Positions 1 to 6,065 of a stretch of 24,897 nucleotides of DNA are shown here, piece by piece. The stretch is taken from positions 1-24,897 of the IMG/VR virus record IMGVR_UViG_3300020458_000017. One strand, given 5' to 3'. Under the pieces are notes generated by a model. That model was not told where the DNA came from and ran no database searches. It was given only the letters and a program-made list of their open reading frames with translations. Within the stretch, counting starts at the first letter, position 1. Each line of letters starts with the position of its first letter. This DNA is from a virus. Its lineage: Duplodnaviria; Caudoviricetes. The position numbers and the translations under genes were made by a program.

Positions 1-729
1 CTTGGCAACATCGATATTCACGGCATTGGGCCCCGCCAAGTCTCTGGAAAACAAACCCTCGCAGACTTTGTAGAAGATTTTTGGGCGTTTATCGGTAGTG
101 ATGTTCTAGTTACACACACAGCTTACGATAGAACGGCGATCACTAAAGCAACTGAGTATTATCGATTAAAGCAGGTGAATAATGTTCAATGGTTAGATTC
201 GGCGAGAGTAACCAGAAGGGCGTGGACACAATTTTCTGACAGGGGATATGGGCTTGCAAACATATGTAAGCATTTAGGTATACACTTCGACCACCATGAC
301 GCTTTAGAAGATGCCATTGCATGCGGGAAAGTATTTGTAGAAGCATGTAAGAAAACAAACCGGTCAGTTTCTGATTGGCAATCAGAGCTGAGTAAAAGTA
401 ATTATCAGTTATCCAAATTCGAGCAGCTAAAAGTTGAAGCACTGAAAGGTGATCCAACTGGCGAACTGGCCGGGAACATTATTGTGTTTACTGGAAACCT
501 AACCCTATCAAGAGCTGATGCCGCAGAGTTGGCGGCAAAAGCGGGTTGTGATGTGGGTAAAGGTGTTACTAAAAAAACAACTATGCTGGTTGTTGGTGAT
601 CAGGATTTATCAGTTCTTGCTGGTCATGAGAAAAGCAGGAAGCATCGCAAGGCTGAAGATTTAATAGAAAAAGGCCAGGTTATAACAATATTGAAAGAGT
701 CTGAATTTATGAAGTTGGTATCAACGTAA
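1..729 (+). CDS. DEDDh 3'-5' exonuclease (DnaQ/epsilon-like) with C-terminal BRCT domain, 5'-truncated
   Basis: Frame 1 is open from base 1 (LGNIDIHGI...VTHTAYDR...WLDS...HHDALEDA), so the ORF-track start at 175 is internal. The C-terminal IVFTGNL..SR..A...AG..V.KGVTKKTTMLVVG...K.RKA is a LigA-type BRCT signature. Confidence 0.88.
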   Translation, partial: LGNIDIHGIGPRQVSGKQTLADFVEDFWAFIGSDVLVTHTAYDRTAITKATEYYRLKQVNNVQWLDSARVTRRAWTQFSDRGYGLANICKHLGIHFDHHDALEDAIACGKVFVEACKKTNRSVSDWQSELSKSNYQLSKFEQLKVEALKGDPTGELAGNIIVFTGNLTLSRADAAELAAKAGCDVGKGVTKKTTMLVVGDQDLSVLAGHEKSRKHRKAEDLIEKGQVITILKESEFMKLVST

Positions 730-1428
730 AACGGAGTACCAGAATACCCTACCTATGACCTTGACGGATTGCGCTTCATCCGGAGACAAATTTTCGTCTG
801 GGTATTCATCTACATTAAAACTTCTAATACGTAGACCGCCACCTGGCTTGCGTGTAAGCACTTTAACGTACAACTCCCCAGCCCAGTTGATAGCGTACAT
901 TTCGCCATCTACGATATTGGTAAACGCTGTGTCTACTCCAACAGTAGCGCCATCTGGTATGACAGGCTCCATTGAATTACCGGATACCTTTACACAAGCA
1001 GCATGATCAATGCTTACGCCCTGGCGTTTAAGGGTCGATTTAGAAAATCTTAATTTAGGTCCGTTTGTTTCTAATTGAATGCTTGAGCCATTTCCGGCTG
1101 ATAGTTCCACTTCCATATAAAAAGGCAATTCCACATCATCATCATCTAAAGGTGTTTTGCTATCCCATGTTTCTAATGGCAAAAAGCCTGCTACATTTGA
1201 AGGCTCCTGCGAATTTCTTCCTTCAGAATACCCTTCTTCACCATATAATAACCAATCAGCAGAAACGCCAAGAACCCGAGCAAAATCAGTCAGGTTCCTT
1301 GGGCGCAGAGTTTTACCTTGCTCTATCTTCATTACAGCTACTTGGGAGACACCTACAAGGTCACCTAGGGCTTTTTGTGATAGCCCTTTCTTTTCGCGTA
1401 ATTCTTTAAATCTATGTTCGAGTTTCAT
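721..1428 (-). CDS. cI: CI-like repressor (XRE HTH + S24 autopeptidase)
   Basis: N-terminal HTH (LREKKGLSQKALGDLVGVSQVAVMKIEQG), Ala-Gly cleavage site (LSAGNG), catalytic GNSMEP and YVK motifs. The ATG at 1428 is preferred because 1441-1467 is operator/promoter DNA. Confidence 0.95.
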   Translation of the reverse strand: MKLEHRFKELREKKGLSQKALGDLVGVSQVAVMKIEQGKTLRPRNLTDFARVLGVSADWLLYGEEGYSEGRNSQEPSNVAGFLPLETWDSKTPLDDDDVELPFYMEVELSAGNGSSIQLETNGPKLRFSKSTLKRQGVSIDHAACVKVSGNSMEPVIPDGATVGVDTAFTNIVDGEMYAINWAGELYVKVLTRKPGGGLRIRSFNVDEYPDENLSPDEAQSVKVIGRVFWYSVLR

Positions 1429-1434
1429 ACCTAT

Positions 1435-1522
1435 ATTTTGATAACTATCGTTATTTAATACAAACAAGATTGGTTTTCGTTGAAAATAACTAGAGTTATG
1501 CTATTTTAACAACCTAAGTTAT
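1435..1522. promoter_or_regulatory. cI/cro switch: four 14-bp operators, pR and pRM
   Basis: ATAAC-N4-GTTAT at 1441-1454 and 1486-1499; degenerate copies ACAAGATTGGTTTT at 1464-1477 and ACAACCTAAGTTAT at 1509-1522. pR: TTGAAA(1480)-16-TATTTT(1502) with TGn. pRM on the minus strand: TTGTAT-17-CAAAAT. Confidence 0.8.
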
Positions 1523-1540
1523 TAACATGAGACAATTCCA

Positions 1541-1789
1541 ATGAGCGTAGAGGCATTAAAAAAAGCCATAAAAATATGCGGCAACCAAGCGAATCTCGGA
1601 TTAAAGATAGGTAAGTCACAGGCCCATGTATCTGTATGGTTAACTCGAGATAAAAAAGCCCCAGCTGACATGGTTTTAAAAATAGAACAAGTAACTGGCG
1701 TGCCTCGTCATGAGTTGAGACCAGACTTGTATCCACCTGAAGAATACCAGGCACTCGCGGCAGTGATTCAACAAAAGCGTGCAGCCTAG
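1541..1789 (+). CDS. cro: Cro-like repressor (YdaS-type HTH)
   Basis: Divergent from cI; GNQANLG..IGKSQAHVSVW...IEQVTGV.RHELRPDLY is a typical Cro/YdaS pattern. Confidence 0.92.
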   Translation: MSVEALKKAIKICGNQANLGLKIGKSQAHVSVWLTRDKKAPADMVLKIEQVTGVPRHELRPDLYPPEEYQALAAVIQQKRAA

Positions 1790-1806
1790 TTTGTGTATGC
1801 ATCGTT

Positions 1807-1853
1807 ACTCTCCTTTAAATTCATAATTACTATAGCTCGGTTTAAAAGAGAGT
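1807..1853. repeat. Inverted repeat/hairpin containing a minus-strand RBS
   Basis: ACTCTCCTTTAAA (1807-1819) pairs with TTTAAAAGAGAGT (1841-1853) with one mismatch. The minus strand reads AAGGAGAG-taacg-ATG(1802). Confidence 0.75.
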
Positions 1854-1904
1854 CGCCCTACATCAAGCAGGTGTTTTTTTGTACAGCAACAACAGGATAA
1901 TACT

Positions 1905-2111
1905 ATGGATAAAGAAGCTCTTTTTTCAGATGTTTACCAAGAGAGTATGAGAGGCAAAAAGTTTCGCCCCTCTTACGCTAATGAAATGGTTAACTATGAT
2001 GATTTTTATCGGGCGAGGTTTGGGCAAGTGCCTGAGCCAGCCTGTCGTAAATCTGGATGGCTCGCTCTGGCGTTGAATCATCTTCAAAAATGGAGTCGCA
2101 TATTTTCTTAG
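1905..2111 (+). CDS. Hypothetical protein, 68 aa; overlaps 1990-2217 on the opposite strand
   Basis: RBS-like AACAGGA precedes the ATG and the ORF is in early-operon orientation. No recognisable domain. Confidence 0.4.
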   Translation: MDKEALFSDVYQESMRGKKFRPSYANEMVNYDDFYRARFGQVPEPACRKSGWLALALNHLQKWSRIFS

Positions 2112-2217
2112 CGATTTCCATATTGTCGGTGACCTCTCGGATAACCTTAGACACCTCTTCTGGGATGGTGTTTCTATAAAGTTCTAAGTGGTTGTCAATT
2201 GGGTTGTTGGATTTCAC
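1990..2217 (-). CDS. Small helical accessory protein, 75 aa (antisense cargo gene 1)
   Basis: GTG start preceded by AAGGAAG from repeat copy A; protein-like amphipathic helical composition. Confidence 0.65.
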   Translation of the reverse strand: MKSNNPIDNHLELYRNTIPEEVSKVIREVTDNMEIAKKICDSIFEDDSTPERAIQIYDRLAQALAQTSPDKNHHS

Positions 2218-2223
2218 AGTTTT

Positions 2224-2322
2224 GCTTCCTTATTTTGGTATGTCGTTTCATGCAAATTCAGCATACCAATTTAAGGAAGTGCCTAACAGAAACAACAGGA
2301 AGAACAGCAATGCAGCAACCAA
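2224..2322. repeat. 99-bp direct repeat, copy A (hairpin + leftward promoter/RBS + rightward RBS/ATG)
   Basis: 2224-2282 matches 2754-2812 with 3 mismatches. 2294-2322 is identical to 2824-2852. The offset is a constant 530 bp. Confidence 0.97.
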
Positions 2323-2609
2323 TTTTTACCAGAGCACGGAGATACCTGTTGATGTTAAACCGAGTAATAAAAACATGGGTTGCAAAATTATGCACATTTG
2401 TTCGCCATTTGATGGGCGACTACGGAGATTTACACCCCCTTGCAGAGCCTGGAGTTGTTGTAGCTCGGATAGATAAAAGCGCCCTGACAGAAGACCAGTG
2501 GCGAGAGCTCGAAGCCGCCGGCTTTTTAATAGATGAAGACACACACCAGACATCAGGCTCAACATCATCAGAATCCACGGGATCCGATACATCCAAAGGG
2601 GATTGTTAG
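2310..2609 (+). CDS. Hypothetical protein, 99 aa, beginning MQQP like the primase; possibly a shadow ORF
   Basis: Uses the same RBS and first four codons as the primase gene and is largely antisense to 2326-2751. Confidence 0.35.
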   Translation: MQQPIFTRARRYLLMLNRVIKTWVAKLCTFVRHLMGDYGDLHPLAEPGVVVARIDKSALTEDQWRELEAAGFLIDEDTHQTSGSTSSESTGSDTSKGDC

Positions 2610-2751
2610 TGTTTATATCTGGCAGCGCAACAATAGCAGTAGAAAACATAAGTAACGTTGCCGAAACGGTCATTAGTGTTTTGGAGAGTTCGACAGAGAT
2701 TTTGTTGGCTTCATCTAGCCATGCAATCGCTATCTCATTAATTGAGTTCAT
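2326..2751 (-). CDS. Predicted 3-TM membrane protein, 141 aa (antisense cargo gene 2)
   Basis: ATG at 2751 preceded by AAGGAAG from repeat copy B. Three hydrophobic segments: TLMTVSATLLMFSTAIVAL, IPWILMMLSLMSGVCLHLL, IILQPMFLLLGLTSTGISVLW. Confidence 0.75.
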   Translation of the reverse strand: MNSINEIAIAWLDEANKISVELSKTLMTVSATLLMFSTAIVALPDINTNNPLWMYRIPWILMMLSLMSGVCLHLLKSRRLRALATGLLSGRFYLSELQQLQALQGGVNLRSRPSNGEQMCIILQPMFLLLGLTSTGISVLW

Positions 2752-2753
2752 TA

Positions 2754-2852
2754 GCTTCCTTATTTTGGTGTGTCGTTTCATGCAAATTCAGCATACCAAC
2801 TTAAGGAAGCGCTACACAATTTAAACAGGAAGAACAGCAATGCAGCAACCAA
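2754..2852. repeat. 99-bp direct repeat, copy B, which includes the primase RBS and start codon
   Basis: See copy A. The stem runs 2754-2773 against 2791-2810. Confidence 0.97.
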
Positions 2853-3886
2853 GCTTGCAAGATATTCAGGATGCGCTGGAGTTCATTAGCCCGGAATTAC
2901 CCAGGGATGATTGGGTTAAAGTGGCCATGGGTATTAAAAACGAATTTGGTGATGCTGGCTTTGATACGTTTGACAACTGGAGTATGGCTGGCAGCAGCTA
3001 TAAACCCGCAGATGCTAAGTCAGCATGGAACAGTATTAGTGTTGGTGGCGGCGTTACCATCGCTACAGTATTCAAATGGGCCAGCGACAACGGGTATACA
3101 CACAATAAAGAGCCTCTATCGCCGGAGGAACACAAAAAGCGTCAACAGGAATTTGCCAGAATTGCAGCTGAGCGTGAAAAGCAGGAAGCACAAGCAGCAG
3201 CGGATCGCGAGAAGTGGCACGAAGTTATAGCGGTGTTTGCCGAGCAGCTGCTTAAAGAATTTACTCAGCCCTGCAAAAACAACAAGTATCTCAAGAAAAA
3301 AGGGGTTAAAAGCTTTGGGTGCCATCGGTTTTCCAAAGCCCTTATAGTGGTATTTCGGGCGAATTTCGTAGCTGAGATAGTTACGAACGGGCCACAGATA
3401 AATGACTTCTTTAAACAACTGCCCCCAAAAGATGATCGTGACTTCTCATTCCTACACATTCACCAAAACGACCTGGTAATTCCCCTGATTGATATCGACA
3501 AAAAACTTTGGAACCTGCAAATCATTAATGAAACAGGCTCGAAGTTGTTTTTGAAGTATGGCCGTAAATCGGGCTGCTTTCATTTTATTGGTAAAGCAGC
3601 CAACTCTGATGTAGTGGCCGTGGCAGAAGGCTATGCAACCGGGGCGACAATTCACATGGCAACGAACTGGCCTTGCGCGGTAGCGTTGGATGCGGGTAAC
3701 TTGCTGTCGGTATCAAAACAGTTAAAAGAAAAGTTGCCGGCCAAAAAGTTTGTGTTATGCGCCGACAATGACCAGGAAACAAAAGGGAACCCGGGAGTCA
3801 CTAAAGCAACCGAAGCCGCTAAGGCCGTAGATGGCGTAATGGTTGCGCCTGACTTTTCGTGTATTGCAAATAAGGAGGCTGCATAG
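2840..3886 (+). CDS. Phage primase: N-terminal PriCT-2 domain + TOPRIM domain
   Basis: LEFISPELPRDDWVKVAMGIK..FGDAGFDTFDNWS (PriCT-2 pattern); AEGYATG, ALDAGNL and ADND (TraC-like TOPRIM motifs). Confidence 0.88.
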   Translation: MQQPSLQDIQDALEFISPELPRDDWVKVAMGIKNEFGDAGFDTFDNWSMAGSSYKPADAKSAWNSISVGGGVTIATVFKWASDNGYTHNKEPLSPEEHKKRQQEFARIAAEREKQEAQAAADREKWHEVIAVFAEQLLKEFTQPCKNNKYLKKKGVKSFGCHRFSKALIVVFRANFVAEIVTNGPQINDFFKQLPPKDDRDFSFLHIHQNDLVIPLIDIDKKLWNLQIINETGSKLFLKYGRKSGCFHFIGKAANSDVVAVAEGYATGATIHMATNWPCAVALDAGNLLSVSKQLKEKLPAKKFVLCADNDQETKGNPGVTKATEAAKAVDGVMVAPDFSCIANKEAA

Positions 3887-5247
3887 TGGCCTCTTGTTCT
3901 TTAACAGACTGGAATGATCTGCACGTTAATGCTGGGCTGGATGTTGTTAAGTCTCAGCTAATGGCTGCTATTAAACAACCAGCAGCGAATGACTCACCCC
4001 CTCCCCCGCCGCCAACCGCTGGCGCGGCGCAGCCTTTAATGGGGGATGAGCAACCTTGGACGGCTCGCTTTCAAACTACCAATAACGGTAATCGCCTGGC
4101 AAACATCAGTAATACCAAGTTGGTGCTCGAGTACGACCCGTCTTTTAAAGGTGTGCTGGGTTACTGCAGCTTTAGTTACCGCATTATGAAGCGCAATGCC
4201 CCGCCCTTTAAAATGGGCACGGTTGGAGAATGGACAGACACCGACACAGAACGTCTAAGGATCTACCTTTCTGAATTATACGGCTTTACTCCCAAGCCCA
4301 GCGATGTCATGGGCGCCATATTAGTTCACTCAGAAGAAAACGCCTTTCATCCTGTTAAAGACTACCTGGCTACTTTGGAATGGGATGGTAAGCATAGGGT
4401 GCTCAGTTGGTTGCATGACTATTTAGGAGTAGAAGATTCAGATTATGCAGCGCTGGTTGGTGCTTTCTTTTTAGTCTCAGCTATAGCAAGGGTGATGCGA
4501 CCACCGGTTAAGGTGGACTCGGTATTAATTTTGGAAGGCCTGCAGGGGTTGGGGAAATCCAGCATGTTACACAACCTGTTTGGTAAATGGTTTACCGATA
4601 CACCAATGGAGCTTGGTAACAAAGACAGCTTTCAACAAATGCAGGGCATGTGGTGTATAGAATTAGCCGAGCTGGACTCTTTTAATAAAGCAGAGAATAC
4701 AAGGGCTAAACAGTTCTTTGGTTCTCAAACAGACCGTTACCGCCCCAGTTACGGGCGCATGGTGCAGGAGTTCCCCAGGCAATGTGTGTTTGTAGGTACC
4801 ACCAATCAGGATAGATATCTTAAAGACTCAACCGGTAACCGGCGTTACTGGCCGGTAACGTGTACGAAGATTTGTCAGGCTGCAATTAAGCAGGACAGAG
4901 ACCAGCTCTGGGCCGAAGCGCTTAAGATGTACAAAGATGGTATGAAATGGTGGCCAGACGACGACTATAAGCACTTGTTCGAGGTGCAACAGGAAGACAG
5001 GTTCGACTCTGATGTTTGGGAACCCATCATCTATGACTGGCTAAAACGAAACATGCGAGTAGATTACTCAATGGGTGATATCATGGCCGAAGCGCTGGAT
5101 ATGGACCCACAAGCCATGCGACCACCCGAGCAAAAACGGGTTGGTTTAATAATGCACAGGTTTGGGTTTGAGAAAAAGAAGAAGCGTGTTGATGGTAAGC
5201 GCCCGGCTTTTTATGTACCACCGGAGGGCTTTTGGCATGATAAATAG
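3886..5247 (+). CDS. VapE/VirE-family P-loop ATPase, putative replicative helicase
   Basis: HPVKDYL..LEWDG, Walker A LEGLQGLGKS, ELAEL, YRPSYGR, FVGTTN...L.DSTGNRRYWP, DRDQLWAEA. SD AAGGAGG lies 7 nt before the GTG. Confidence 0.92.
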   Translation: MASCSLTDWNDLHVNAGLDVVKSQLMAAIKQPAANDSPPPPPPTAGAAQPLMGDEQPWTARFQTTNNGNRLANISNTKLVLEYDPSFKGVLGYCSFSYRIMKRNAPPFKMGTVGEWTDTDTERLRIYLSELYGFTPKPSDVMGAILVHSEENAFHPVKDYLATLEWDGKHRVLSWLHDYLGVEDSDYAALVGAFFLVSAIARVMRPPVKVDSVLILEGLQGLGKSSMLHNLFGKWFTDTPMELGNKDSFQQMQGMWCIELAELDSFNKAENTRAKQFFGSQTDRYRPSYGRMVQEFPRQCVFVGTTNQDRYLKDSTGNRRYWPVTCTKICQAAIKQDRDQLWAEALKMYKDGMKWWPDDDYKHLFEVQQEDRFDSDVWEPIIYDWLKRNMRVDYSMGDIMAEALDMDPQAMRPPEQKRVGLIMHRFGFEKKKKRVDGKRPAFYVPPEGFWHDK

Positions 5248-5257
5248 CTTATTTAGT

Positions 5258-5519
5258 ATGACCATGACCATTAACAATGACCGCTACAGGCTACGTTTAT
5301 ACTGGCTTGGTCACGGTGGTCACGGTGGTCACGGTAATTTGCACACACACACGTACACGCGCGCGCACGAGCGGCCACGCATCAATCCTATCAACTACCT
5401 AGTAACACTTCCTAACGTATATAAAAACACTATGACCACTATGACCAGTATGACCAGAGTAGTAATAGCAAGGGTTTCAGCGGTCACGGTGGGTGGTCAC
5501 AGTAAAAAACAGGGTGACC
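5258..5519. promoter_or_regulatory. Putative replication origin with 12 RTGACC iterons in both orientations
   Basis: RTGACC at 5258, 5264, 5277, 5432, 5441, 5450, 5514; GGTCAC at 5309, 5318, 5327, 5482, 5495. It lies directly downstream of the helicase gene. Confidence 0.75.
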
Positions 5520-5543
5520 ACTCCAAAATAGCAGGAGGCGCTA

Positions 5544-5924
5544 ATGATTTTTCTTAATACGATGACGACAGAAGAACTGCTTATAGAATGGGGCAGATGG
5601 GGCGTTTCAGGATTGGGGCTAACATTAGACTCAGTAGAGATTGACGTTCGGTTGGTTAAGATTGACGACGATACTGCACTCATGGTTGATCGGGCCGTTG
5701 CTCAATTGGGTGTTGAGAAGTATCGCTGTGAAAAGAAGAACCGTGGCAGAAAGCTCCAGCGCTTGGCCGTCATGTTGTATTACAGAAATGAGCTGAGCTA
5801 CAAAGAGATTGGGCTTCGACTGAACGTTGGTGAGACTAAAGCTCGTAGCTTTGTAGTATCTGGCCATGACTGGATAGATGGCTTCCTGGATGCGTATAGA
5901 GAGAAGATTAAAAACGCTGCTTAA
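5544..5924 (+). CDS. Q-like late-gene antiterminator/regulator
   Basis: EELLIEWGRW N-terminus, C-terminal HTH (LSYKEIGLRLNVGETKAR..V..G..WIDG), strong SD CAGGAGG, located immediately before the late promoter and terminators. Confidence 0.8.
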   Translation: MIFLNTMTTEELLIEWGRWGVSGLGLTLDSVEIDVRLVKIDDDTALMVDRAVAQLGVEKYRCEKKNRGRKLQRLAVMLYYRNELSYKEIGLRLNVGETKARSFVVSGHDWIDGFLDAYREKIKNAA

Positions 5925-5930
5925 AAAACT

Positions 5931-5972
5931 TTGCATTTCCGCGCGGATAAAGTATGCTACGTCAGGTAAGCT
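5931..5972 (+). promoter_or_regulatory. Late promoter (pR'-like)
   Basis: TTGCAT(5931)-16-TATGCT(5953); palindrome TCCGCGCGGA in the spacer; -10-like TAAGCT at 5967-5972. Confidence 0.75.
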
Positions 5973-5988
5973 TAGCAAAGCTACACTC

Positions 5989-6024
5989 AAAAGCCCGAGG
6001 TTAACCCCTTGGGCTTTTTTGTTT
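5989..6024 (+). terminator. Intrinsic terminator 1 (tR'-like)
   Basis: AGCCCGAGG-ttaacc-CCTTGGGCT followed by a T-run. Confidence 0.88.
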
Positions 6025-6065
6025 CCGTAGAACAATGATTGTGTATTCCTGTTGTTACCAACCTT

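Noticed and set aside
1429-1467. N-terminal extension of CI given in the ORF track (MFVLNNDSYQNIG)
   Set aside because: It overlaps operators and pRM; the HTH begins right after the ATG at 1428.
1863-1880. tR1-like terminator (ACATC-aagca-GGTGT-T-run)
   Set aside because: A 5-bp weak stem with a G-U pair; too marginal to call.
2199-2824. ORFs 2199-2309 (extension) and 2603-2824 sharing FLILVCRFMQIQHTNLRK
   Set aside because: The shared peptide is simply the translation of the DNA repeat, and neither start has a good RBS.
2224-2852. Integron attC cassette array (GCCTAAC/GTTAGGC at 2281-2287)
   Set aside because: The core-like heptamer occurs in copy A only and lies outside the hairpin. There is no paired R''/R' box arrangement and no integron integrase in the window.
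2224-2852. CRISPR array or IS target-site duplication
   Set aside because: Only two 99-bp copies with a gene-sized interval; no cas gene, transposase or terminal inverted repeats.
3860-3890. Programmed frameshift or sequencing error joining primase and helicase
   Set aside because: No slippery heptamer, a stop in the downstream frame at 3871-3873, and a perfect SD with TAGTG coupling. Reads would settle it.
5162-5557. 131-aa ORF with GHGGHGGHG and MTTMTSMT repeats
   Set aside because: The peptide repeats are by-products of the 9-bp iterons; an origin explains the region better.
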